From contig JARDVH010000193.1 of NCBI GenBank assembly GCA_030324005.1, forward strand, positions 104,261,805 to 104,325,804: a stretch of 64,000 bases of DNA, read 5' to 3'. Shown piece by piece: positions 49,891-61,320 of the stretch. Position 1 is the first letter of the stretch; each line of letters starts with the position of its first letter. A program made the translations under genes and the position numbers. The notes below the pieces were generated by a model that saw only the letters and a program-made list of their open reading frames with translations, was not told where the DNA came from and made no database searches. Source of the DNA: Negaprion brevirostris (taxonomy: Eukaryota).

Positions 49891-50744
49891 ATGAGTTTAT
49901 TCAGAATGCTTGTTGTAAGATATACCTTTAAAATGCATTCATATTCCACAATGCGAACTGGGCAAGAATTTTTATGAGATTGAGTGAGTGAATATGTAAC
50001 AAGAGCAAGAGGCCTCAATCCCTGAAGTTGAAAAATGCTTCCTCCTATTCCCTTATACTCTTTCTCAGAGTGATTCCCTCATTGAGAGTCAAGAGATATA
50101 GGTTTCAGCCTGGGTCTGCATATGTAGAGTAGCAGGGAAAAAACTGTTAGGTTGTCTGAGCTAACAATAAATGTGGCATGTGGACCTGGTGTTTCATTGT
50201 TGAACTGTACCTTCACTGTTTTTTAAAGCTTTGCCACCTCTTTCTTGTTCTTTGTTTTCATAGCACTGGACATAATGTTAACCCTGCCTGGCTCCTTTTT
50301 GTCAGGTGTGCTGTGTCACTGTCTACTGAAGAGGGGTTCACAGAATCTGTTGGTGGCTGATCCTGGTAATTATCCCTAAATTGCAATCATTGAACCCTTT
50401 CTCCAATCCTTCCAAACGGCATGACGGGAGAAGAGGGGTCTCCATGAATAATTTTTTGGTAGAAGGAAGTAAAAGGCAACATTATGCCATTTCTCCACCA
50501 AAGACAACAGAAACACAAATACTAATTTGCTGAGCCTTCAATGATTGGCAGTCCCCTCCCACAAAAATAATTAATGAACTACCCACCTCCTCAAACCCAG
50601 TGTGCCCCCAGTGTCAATCCTATATCAAGGTTCAAGTTGGGGCAGTGAGTGAGAACTCCTATGTGAGAGAGACCCCACAACTTTGTAGGGATAGGCAGTC
50701 CTTTGAGCACAACCTTGAAATGTTGGTACAAAGTTGGCACACTT

Positions 50745-51080
50745 GTCAGAGTTCCTTTCAACTTTCTCTTCTCCCAGGAATCTGTCTTTCCTGCAACCCG
50801 TCTAATGCCTTTACATCCTTCCTAAAGTGTTGTGTCCAGAATTGAACACAATACTCCAATTGAGACCGAACCAGTTCACATTAATCGCCTTGATTATTTA
50901 CTCAATATCTTTATCGATAAAGAGCAAGATCCTAGATGCTTTATTATCTACCCACTTCCCCAACCTGCTTTTTCAGCTTCAATGTTTTTTGCAGTTATAC
51001 CTCAAGGTCTCTCTGCTCTCCCATCACCTGTAGAATTCTACCTTCTATTTCATATTGCCTCTTCGTATTTTCTTCCTACC
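50745..51080 (-). mobile_element. Very old CR1 fragment
   Basis: gtgtccagaattgaacacaatactccaattgag is the reverse of LEYCVQFW. Confidence 0.6.
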
Positions 51081-52089
51081 TAAAAGTGTTACAACACAAT
51101 TCAGAAACTTCATCCAGATGCAGACTCCTGCCCGACTGTTAAAACATGAAGTTACTTGCAAGGTTTAAGCATAGTTTGACGATTTGCACGTGTTGGTGCT
51201 GTGTGCATCCCATCCGAAAGGCATTTATTGAAAAATTGGAAAAGGCAAGCACTCCTCAGAAGTAATGACATGCTAGGATCATGGCTGCAGAATGATTGAA
51301 ACTACTGATGTCAGCCAGAGAAATTTTCTTTTGAAGAATTAATAGATTTCCTCATGAAGGAGGTCAACAGAGAAAAGATGTGTTTGCTTGAGGGAACGAG
51401 AAATTACCTGTGGTGAACAGCGTCGATTCCATTGCATTAACATTAATGCAATGCCAAAAGTATAAAGGTAGCTGGCAACTTGAAAAAGATGCAAATACAT
51501 GGCAAGGTGCTGCAGATAATCAGATAGACCCCCAGCTAAAGAGTAACTGAGGAAGTGGACCAGAATTTTAACTCTTGAGAGCAATTTTTCATCTTACCAG
51601 GTCCTTCTCTGGAAATGTGGCCTTTTTGGAGAAAAAGATCAAGAAAGTGATGTTATCAAATCAGAAAGTAAAACATTGACTAAAAGAATGTGCAAGTACT
51701 TCAAAGATAATATATGCTATTGGTTTTATAACTGAAAGAGAGAACATTAACACCTTTTTATTTGACAAATAAATGAAAGCATTTGCGCTGCAGGAATCTG
51801 GTGCAGCATGAATTTATCCTATTCCTGAAATTATCTTTGAATGGAACAATACAAAGCAGACTGTTTGTGACTGTTCCAGACAGATTATCTGAATATATTA
51901 GCAGTGCCCCTTCAAGCTGTTGATTTGTATTCAAAATACTAGTAACTAACCTTTTTAAAAAAGGTTGAATTGAAATATTCAACATCACAAGTAAGAAATT
52001 ATTTGCATTAAAATATTGATAGCATAATTATTGCTAATTGCCCGCAACTGCATTCCATTTTCAGATGATGATGAAGTCAGTTTCTCTAA

Positions 52090-52420
52090 GGACGGCACGA
52101 TAGCACAATGGTTTGCACTGCTGCTTCACAGCTCCAGGGATCTGGTTCGATTTCTAACTTGGGTCACGGTCTGCGTGGAGTTTGCACATTCTTCTCGTGT
52201 TTGTGTGGGTTTCCTCCAGGTGCTCCAGTTTCCTACCACAGTCCAAAGATGTGCTGGTTAGGTTGATTGAACATGCTAAATTAACCCTTAGTGCCCTGGG
52301 GTGTGATAGATTCGAGGGATTAGCAGGATAACTAAGCAGTGATAGGACCTGGGTGGGATTGTCATCAGTGCAGACTCAATGGGCCAAATGGCCTCTTTCT
52401 GCACTGTAAAGTTTCTATGA
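52090..52420 (+). mobile_element. V-SINE, tail type A
   Basis: Head, V-domain and tail gtgcagactcaatgggccaaatggcctctttctgcactgtaaagtttctatga. Confidence 0.87.
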
Positions 52421-53051
52421 GTCAATGATCAGAGTCACCAGCACTATTTTCAACTCAGTGCTCGGAGGTATACATCTGCTGACCAGGGGGACAGTCTGAT
52501 TCTTCCTTCAACTGCTGTGCCCAATGACTGGGGTCTCAAGGAGCAACTTGCTCATATCCTGCAACCACCTGACAATGCAGAGGTCACGTGGTAGCGATGT
52601 TCAACAGCAGGCATCTGCTTGCTTGGCAAAAAGGGGCTTACCTAATAGGGAATGGCCCTTCCTTCCTGCCTCTGGAACCTAAGGCTGGCCTGCTGCATTA
52701 AAGATAAGCCTATCACCTGCAAGGTAATACATTGAATTGTACGGGATTAAGTATCTGTGGAATAAGGTTGGTACTCAAATTACATGCTTACTGTTTATTG
52801 GTGTTTCTGAGCCATGTTGCTCTCTACAACTGTATTCTAAATATTATTCAAACAATTAAAGAGTTTTTATGAATTACATTAATAAAAACAATTGCATTAA
52901 ATATGCATGCAAAATGTGTGATGTATGCTTATTACATGTTCAGTTTCCCTCCTTTCCATTTATCCTGCCAGTTCTGTTTATTTTTCAATCTTTTTCAGTT
53001 ATTTCTGGGGCTGTCCTCCTCTCTCTCTTAATTATTAATATTCTCTGTTAG

Positions 53052-53357
53052 CAAAGTGGCACAGTGGTTAACACTGCTGCCTCATAGCATCGGGGACCAG
53101 GGTTTGATTCCTGGCTTGGGTCACTGTTTGTGTAAAGTCTGCATGTTTGCCCCATGTCTGTGTGGGTTTCCTCCAGGTGCTCTGGTTTCCTCCCACCGTC
53201 ATGAAGGATGTGCTGGTTAGGTGCATTGGCCATGATAAATTGTCCTGTTGTGCTCCACAACAGGTGGCAGAGTGTGGTGACTAGGGTATTTTCACAGTAA
53301 CTTCACTGCAATGTTAATGTAAGCCTACTTGTGACACTAATAAATAAACTTTCTTTA
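53052..53357 (+). mobile_element. V-SINE, tail type B
   Basis: Full head and V-domain; tail gtaagcctacttgtgacactaataaataaacttt. Confidence 0.88.
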
Positions 53358-53529
53358 AACTACTTATCTGACATTCTTTTCTGTTACTGTTGCTTCCCTC
53401 TTCTTCTAAAATAACCAACTTATCTACCTCAACATATTCCCCATTCCTTCTTCCTTTTATTACTGCTGCCATGTGTTCTTTGTCTTCAGCCCAAATGTCA
53501 ATCTACAAAAAGAAAGTTGCTACACCAGC

Positions 53530-53758
53530 AATGGTGGCACTGTGCTTAGCACTGCTGCCTCACAGCGCCAGGGACCTGGGTTCAACTCTCGGCTTGTGTG
53601 GAGTTTGCACATTCTCCTCGTGTCTGCGTGGGTTTCCTCCAGATGTCCCAGTTTCCTCCCACATTCTGAAAGACGTGCTGGTTAGGTGCATTCACCATAA
53701 CAGATGCCGCAGTGTGGCAACTAGGGGAATTTCACAGTAACTTCATTGCATTGGAAGC
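53530..53758 (+). mobile_element. V-SINE, tail type B (3' truncated)
   Basis: gtgtggagtttgcacattctcctcgtgtctgcgtgggtttcctcc...gtggcaactaggggaatttcacagtaacttcattgca. Confidence 0.85.
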
Positions 53759-54269
53759 CTTCAATTTTACCACCCTCCCTTCTCCCAATCTCCAAAGGGC
53801 TGGGAAAATTCAACTCTTGCTCTGCAAATTAGCCTGTAAAGATTGTTTTAAATTTGCACACAAGAAACGTAAGCTACTCATTTCAAATTGTTCTTGAACA
53901 GTTTAAATCCAAAGCTTTCCATGGACGAATGAATGTGTAAGAAAATTATTTATTAGTCTTACTTAATCTTCTTTAGTTTTCTCTGGGATTTGCTTTATGT
54001 CTATTACTCCATTATTTTACTTCTGCTTCTGGCAGCAATGCAGTTTGAACTGTAAATAAACATGTAAACACCTTTGTTGAACATGAAACTAACTGGAGTT
54101 GTACCTTTCCTACACTTTGGGACAATTTTATGAGAAAAACTCTGAGTGTTCAGCTCATATGAACATGGGAGAGTTTCAGATCTATTTTTCTGATGAGTCT
54201 TTCCTCTGAATTTTACACACTTAGACAATGAAAAATGGGCTAAAGCATTTCTAGCCACTAGAGGTAGTG

Positions 54270-55077
54270 AGTGGGGGTTAAGTCATTAGCCATGTTGCTC
54301 TAGCCGCAGAGGGAGCTATTGCGCATGTACAGATCTCTGTGGCTACACTTGTGCAATTGCAATAACAGAGGCTTGACAGAGAGAGAGAGATCTGTCTGGC
54401 CTTTGCTGCTGCAGCCAACCTCAGTGACCCCACCCCACAGCTATCACGGAAGCCCATGACTAATTGTGAGCCCCATGCCACACAGAAGTATTGCCCCCAC
54501 TACCAAGACCAATCTCAACCCTCTCCTTCCACAACGATCTCCTGCAGAGTGGCAATGGGCCTTTCCCCTCCCTCCCATACTGATTGCCTGCAGAGTGGCA
54601 GTGGACCCCCCTTGCTACCTGATCAGAATTCCTGTACCTGGCCTCTTTGCCTTCAGGCCACACCCCTTCAGGCCCACACCCTTCAGTTACAACCGTTGGG
54701 CACTGCCAAGGTGGTGGTGGGCAGTGCCAAGGTGCCAGGCTGGCACTGCCCAAAGGGCACACCCATCCTTTCCCTCAACATCCCCAAGGGGCTCCAATGG
54801 CTTCCGGTTCTACTGGTGGGGCCAACACGGCTGTTCCCTGTTGCTGGGGAGCAGGTATTTTCCTCACTGGAGAGAACCTCTCCCCCGACAAGGCTGTAAA
54901 GGCAAATAAGCCCAGACAATTGCATCCCAAGCTCACTAATTCCACTCAAATGATATTAAAAGTAGATTTGAATAATTCATTCAGCTGCTCACCTAAAATG
55001 GGCAAGAGGTCGAATGCGCCGGATATCAAGTGCCGGTAAGGTCGGGTTAACCTGGTGGGCAGGTAAAATCACAGCCA
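54270..55077. mobile_element. Harbinger-type MITE (copy A of an inverted pair)
   Basis: Right terminus ggtaaaatcacagcc; core gcagagtggca / ggcagtgccaagg motifs shared with the other MITEs. Confidence 0.6.
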
Positions 55078-55112
55078 TAAGCACTAAATTGAACTGTTTG
55101 AAATCAATACCT

Positions 55113-55770
55113 TGGGTAGAATTTTACCAGTTCTCGGCACCCATTGATGGGCAAAACAAGCTGGTAAAATCACACAAGTGGCGAGAAATCAGGGTCGTGC
55201 CCGATTTCGCAGCACTCGCAGTTTTTCCAGAACCAGATTTCTGGCGAGGTCAAAGTAATTTGTTCAAATGTATTTAAATGTCCACTTATATGCCTTTAGT
55301 GAGCACAGCACTAAATTGTCTGGGTTAAATCTTAACCCCTCCAGCGAGGCAAACATCTGCTCCTCATGAACAGGGAACAGTTGTGTTGGCCTTGCTGATA
55401 GAACCAGAGTCTGTTGTGGCTTGCGGGGGAGGCCAAGGGCAAAGGGGGGAGTTACTCTTTGGGCAGGGCCAGCCTGGCACCTTGCCTCTGAACCTCTTCC
55501 TTGGATCAATGGTTGCCAACCAGTGTGCCCTGGCATACTGGTGTGCCGTGAAGGCCCCCAAGTGTGCGGCATAAAGATATTTAAAATGATTCAAAATTTG
55601 TGTCATTAAAATCAAGCTAATCTGCGACTTCAGCTCTGTAGTCAGCATCTCCAAGATCTGATGAATCTTGGGCCTCTCGCGCATGTACCAGCTGGGAAAG
55701 AGCTACACGTGTGCTTTAGATTTTTTATGTTGGTCAGGCCCTTAAGCATGACCAATGGAAATTGGGGCTG
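55113..55770. mobile_element. Harbinger-type MITE (copy B of an inverted pair)
   Basis: Left terminus gggtagaattttacc, right terminus ggaaattggggc; core is reverse-homologous to 54720-54880. Confidence 0.6.
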
Positions 55771-55799
55771 AAGACAAACGTCCCATGCAGCCGTGCACT

Positions 55800-56032
55800 G
55801 ACTGTACCTTTAAGACTTGATTACCTGTAAAGACTTGCATTCCAACCATTATTTTGTAAACTGAGTTTGTGTCTTTATATGCCCTGTTTGTGAACACAAC
55901 TCCCACCTACCTGGGAGTAGCACTCCAAAAGCTAGTGGATTTTGCTACCAAATAAACCTGTTGGACTTTAACCTGGCATTGAGAGACTTTTTACCGTATT
56001 TACCCCAGTCCAACACCAGCATCTCCACATCA
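55800..56032 (+). mobile_element. Penelope-like 3' fragment (hammerhead core deleted), adjoining a V-SINE head fragment at 56033-56125 (-)
   Basis: ctaccaaataaacctgttggactttaacctgg...taccccagtccaacaccagcatctccacatca. Confidence 0.72.
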
Positions 56033-57047
56033 CGCAGACATGAGGAGAATGTGCAAACTCCACATAGTCACCCAAGGTTGGAATCAAACCCATGTCCCTG
56101 GCACTGACAGGCAGCAGTGCTGCCCCAGTCATGGCAACTTTTTAATCTGAATCATCCTTTTCGCTCCTATCCTACCAGACTCTGCTAAAACTGCAGCATT
56201 TTATTTGACCGAGCCTTTTTCAAAAGTAGCTGTGTTTTTATATGTGTGCGAAATTTATTTTACACATTTCATGAAAAGGTTTGGGAGAAGAATTTAAAAT
56301 CTTGGCTGTCCTGTTTTGCAGCACAGTAGCAAACAGCCTGCAGTTCAAAATCTGGGGTCAGCTATTCCACTGACACTCAATATTGTAATTATCCAGTGTG
56401 CCAGTCAATGGTAAGCAGCCTGTACAATCGAGATAAACCTGACTGCCTAAATGCTCAAAAAGAGGTCCTCTGCTGGTTGCAGTTCCCCAATTACACAATG
56501 CGTGCTCAATCTGGTTGTGCCAGGCAGTGATGGAAGGGAGGCCAAAAAACAAAGTAAACTGTTTCTTTTGTGGGACTGGAAGGACTGTTCATTTGGGTTC
56601 CACAGGAATATTACGGGTCTCTTCTACCACAGGCTCTCCTCATTCTAAAACCCTGACACCACTCGAAAGGTTGGCCAATGGACTGCCAGTTATTGCACCA
56701 CCAGGTATGAATGGGCTGATGCATTATGTTTGGTTTGGTAAGGCCAGAATGCAAATTTGGATTAGTCCTCACACGGTCATGAATAGACCAGTGGAGTGGC
56801 TGCATCACTGACTTGGCCATATCAGGCAGAAGTTGAATCTCTGGAGCATTGCATCTGAACAACAACACTGTATTATAGCACTGATACAGATGGCCATTCG
56901 GTGGAGGGATACACTTCCTACAACTGCCCAGTTCTTTATCTGTGTTCTGTTAAAGCAATACCAGGTAATCAGATTGTAAGTCGTCAATTGTTGTTATTGC
57001 TTACTATGGGTCAGGTGAAGAACGTTGGCAAAGATGTAGGAGAATAT

Positions 57048-57286
57048 TGTAGTATAAGGGTTTGTATGTACAGGATTAAAGTGAGTCTGAGTACAGATAT
57101 TACTGCTCACACAGCGAACAGCGATTTAAGGCAGCAGAGTTAGGGTCAGTGTGGTTTTGGCCCGATTTAGACATGGAGGTGGCACCTGGTCTGTAACTAT
57201 ATACATATACAGTAAATGTTACAAGTAGTTAATAAAGACTTGCTGTTAACATACAGAAGACTACAAAGACTCCCTTAATAGATACA
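57048..57286 (+). mobile_element. Candidate short solo LTR
   Basis: tgtagta ... gataca termini with an internal aataaa (57231); no TSD visible because a MITE abuts the right end. Confidence 0.5.
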
Positions 57287-57422
57287 GGGCAGGATTCTCT
57301 GATCTCGTCTGTGCCTGTCACGCTGTAAGTAAGAATGGAGAATTTGGTGTTCCAGCCAAAACTCCAGTCACTGCAGCGGCACCAGAGAATCCCAGCTGTG
57401 AATGAGGTCAGAGGTTTACGGC
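57287..57422. mobile_element. Short Harbinger-type MITE
   Basis: gggcaggattctc start; aagaatggagaatttgg...ctgca...aatcccagctg shared with the 42502 copy. Confidence 0.68.
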
Positions 57423-57584
57423 AAATTTCTGTAAACAGCAACAGTACAACAAATCTCATCTCACTACTTAGCCACGGAAGGTGCAAACCCCTGTGAATAC
57501 TTAATGAGAACAGGAAAATAATCAAGGAACACTCTTCAAAACTACATCTTACACACATTATTCAGAATACTTCACTCATTGGAG

Positions 57585-57762
57585 TGTCAGCTGTAGCTCA
57601 ATTGGTAGCAGACTCACTTCTGAGTCAGAGGTTCTGTGGTCAAATCCCACTCCACAACTTGAGCACAAAGGTCAAAGGTAACATTCCAGTCAGTATGAGG
57701 AAGTGTTGACTGTGGGGCATGTTGCCTTTTGAGTGAGATGTTAATCCAAGGCCCCTCAGATG
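57585..57762 (+). mobile_element. Deu-domain SINE 5' part
   Basis: tRNA-like head gtagctcaattggtagca...gtcaaatccc; ttgagtgagatgttaatccaaggcccctcag. Confidence 0.68.
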
Positions 57763-57879
57763 ATAATTCAGAGAAAAGNNNNNNNNNNNNNNNNNNNNNN
57801 NNNNNNNNNNNNNNNNNNNNNNNNNNNNNNNNNNNNNNNNNNNNNNNNNNNNNNNNNNNNNNNNNNNNNNNNNNNNNNC

Positions 57880-58017
57880 TCCCACTCACCTGATGAAGGA
57901 GCAGCGCTCTGAAAGCTTATGGCTTGTGCTACCAAATAAACCTGTTGGACTTTAACCTGTTGTTGTGAGGCTTCCCACTTGTGTTTACCCCAGTCCAACG
58001 CTGGCATCTCCACATCA
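57880..58017 (+). mobile_element. Penelope-like terminal fragment with hammerhead motif (57886-57922)
   Basis: tcac-ctgatga-a-ggagc(agc)gctct-gaaa-gctt-atgg followed by the family 3' sequence. Confidence 0.75.
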
Positions 58018-60967
58018 GATGTGAGAGCTACATGGAGAGGTTAAAACAAAACAGGAGAGAGGAGGGACAGAAGTTAAAAACAAAGTTCATTGTAAGGAAA
58101 GAAGCAGACAAAATAGGAGGTGTGCCTTAAAACATTTTGTAGTACAGAGGTGTATGTATAATGACAGATAAAAGATTTGGAATCATTGCCTTCGAAAACC
58201 GTACCAAAACAAAATGCAAAATACCACTGCCACATAAAAAGTTTGAAGCTGCACTAAGCTGTGTGTAGGTCTGATCAATTCATTCCAGAGTTTCAAACAA
58301 AGAGCACAATATTTTGCAGTGAATGATGTGTAAGTAAAGCTATTAGGTAACTAAGCATTTGAAGTATATTTGCCTGGAGTTGGGTGAACATAAGTGAAGC
58401 ATTTTCCATTTAAATCATTGCATTTAGCTGAAACAATGTCAGTGTGACTGTACCTGTGGTTAACCAGCAATTTCCATTGATCAACAGTGATTCCGTTGTC
58501 TGGTCTTACTGTCTGGCTGATTTGACTCGTTACGTGTTGCTATATTTTTGACATTGTCCTGTGCATGTGGAATCCACACTGCCTCCTCTTCATCCTGGCG
58601 CTGTGTGATTTTCTTTCACCATTCACATAATCCACTCCCCATCGTACACTGTCAGAATTTTCCCCATATATTTTTACATCTTTGATTAAAGTTCCCCGTG
58701 GATACAACATTCACCAGCTGAAGGTAGGGGTGGTAATCTCTTTGTCAGATTTCTGCTAATGGAGCTAGTTTCCCAAGAGTAGCCATACATAATTCACTTG
58801 CTGATTTTTTTTCTTTAATTGCATGGCAGCCTTTTATAGAAACAAATGGGACATACTGGGGTGTGTGAACCTGTAGCCTACCATTCTGTGACAATGTATT
58901 GCAGCACCAATTTACTGCATTAGCGTGAATCTGCCATTCATTAATCTTACTATCTTTTTTCCTGTATTTTATTTGATCATCACCTCTTGCCTCCTGATAT
59001 CTCACTGCCATGAACATTTCTCTTCTTCAATCACAATTTCTCCAATTTATCTCTTCCTGTCCTTATCTTTCTCTTTCTAAAAAAATTCTCAACATGTTTC
59101 ACGGTTGCTTCTGTTACCCCCTGTAATCTACAGCATCACAGGGACTAATTTTCATTTAAAATAATAGCGGATGTTTGAGGCAGTAATGTGCTGTGAATAG
59201 CTTCTGGTAACATTGATGCCGATGGCAAGTACTAGACAATGTACTGAAAACATCAGGGGTAATGTGATGAAACATCAGCGGCACACAAAAAAGAATAAAA
59301 TTAAAACAATGTGAGCTTTTTTTTTGAAAGAGCTGAGCAGGACATTAAAGACATTTTCATTTTTAAAAAATTATCCCTCTGTACTTCGGTCTTTCTTCCT
59401 TTTCAAGTGCTTCTTGGACTTTATCTTTGCACTGTCACTCCTACTAGCTGCTGTGCTAGATTGTAGCTAATCTGTAATAAAATGGAGATTTGAGATATGC
59501 TATGGACTCACAGATCTACAGTCTCTCTTTCATCTTTATGTCAGTTTTAAACCAATTGGAGAATTAGGAAGGGACAAGTAAGTGAAATCCTTTGTTCCAA
59601 AACAGCATGCCTAATAACATTCCAACTATCCTTATTTTTGGCTTCACCTAATGATTTGATGGGAAATTGAAACTGAGTGAATCTTCCATAACAAATCTTC
59701 CATAATATGATACTTTTCCCACCAAGTCTTCTTTAACCAACATCATCAAATACATCACATTTTTGTATATATCACTGACTACAATTCAAAAGTAATTCAC
59801 TGGGAATGGTTTGGGGGCCGGGAATGGGCTCTGTGAAGTATCAGGCGGAAAAACCTCTGGTTGATCAGGCAGGAGCGATCGAGAATGGCCTTCCTGTTCT
59901 TAGGCCCACTAAGGACTTTAGTAGCCAATTAATAGCCATTTAAGAACCTGCAGGGGCCATACACCATGTGGGGAGGCCACCCAGTAAATGCTGGCACTAG
60001 AGGCAGGAATTCCATTGAAAGAATAACCCAAATCCCTCATGAAAAACCCCTGATGGGGCATGCCTGACTGGCCCTGGTGAATTTTACAAATTCTCCTTGG
60101 GGACTCCTCCATGGTAACTTCTCCAGACCTGTTACAATACCAGCAGTGGTCACTGCTTCTGGAAATGCCTGTGGAACTTTGAGAGGCGTCTGCTCTCTGA
60201 ATGACCACCAGAGATTGGAGGTCGGATCTTCACCCTTTAAGGAGAAGAAGCCCCATCAGCAGATAGTTAATTATGTGCTTTTTATTGAACTCCATCAGGC
60301 TGTGACTGGGTTGTTCCCAGCTTTCTGGTTGGTGGGATGGTTTACTGCTGCTGCTATTCCAAATTCATGGAATCATTCAAGTAGTTTCCAAAAGGCATGT
60401 TAAAGCATTATGGAATTACAAGCTGTGAAGTGTTTGCATTGTACACAATTGGATGGATAGCAGTAATGTAAATTCTAATCTCCATTTCAATTATCCTTTG
60501 AACAAAATAGCTACATTAAGTACACACAGGTTGGCTGCAAAGAAAAGCCATGATAAGCAGTACATACTGAATCAAGATGATTGACTTATGTATTTTACTT
60601 TAATTCTCATAGTTTAAATTTTTCCAATTCTGCAGTTCCAATATAGGAAATACATAACCTGGCTTTGCATCTGCTTTAGTTGTGTCAGAATCTCAGACTA
60701 ATATCCATATTCCACCAGCATTTATATGAGTAGCGCTGGCTAAACCAGGTGTGACCAGCTGAGATGGTAGTCTCGATAATGAAACTTTACAAATGGAAGT
60801 AATCTGAAATTGGATGTCGAAGGTGCCAAGTGATGGGGCTCTGACTATTTCCTTTGTTCCTAACCACCAGCACAGGTGCCATTCCAATCAAGAGTTTTGC
60901 TAAGTTCTGGCCACATTCACCAGAGGAACATAAAATGCAATATTTCAGATTTCAACATTTCATTTTG

Positions 60968-61320
60968 GGGGAGACAATGGCCGAGTGGTATTATCGCTAG
61001 ACTATTAATCCAGATAAACTCAGATAAAGCTCTGGGGGCCCGGGTTCGAATCCCGCCATGGCAGATGATGGAATTTGACTTCAATAAAAAATATCGAAAT
61101 TAAGAATCTACTGATGACTGTGAAACCACTGTCGATTGTCATAAAAACCCACCTGGTTTACTAATAGCCTTTAGAGAAGGAAATCTGCTGTCCTTTCCTA
61201 GTCTGGCCTACATGTGACTCCAGNNNNNNNNNNTGCCCTCTGAACAAGAGCAACTAGGGATGGGCAATAAATGCTGGTCAGCTGGCCATGCCCATGTCGC
61301 ATGAATGAATAAAAGAAAAT
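60968..61320 (+). mobile_element. tRNA-derived SINE sharing its 3' tail with the CR1-group LINE at 39590
   Basis: A-box tggccgagtgg, B-box ggttcgaatcc, tail tagggatgggcaataaatgctgg...gaatgaataaaa. Confidence 0.85.

Noticed and set aside
54456-55039. Several overlapping 100-147 aa GC-rich ORFs (also at 23258-24210)
   Set aside because: They lie inside GC-rich MITEs where stop codons are scarce; no recognisable domain
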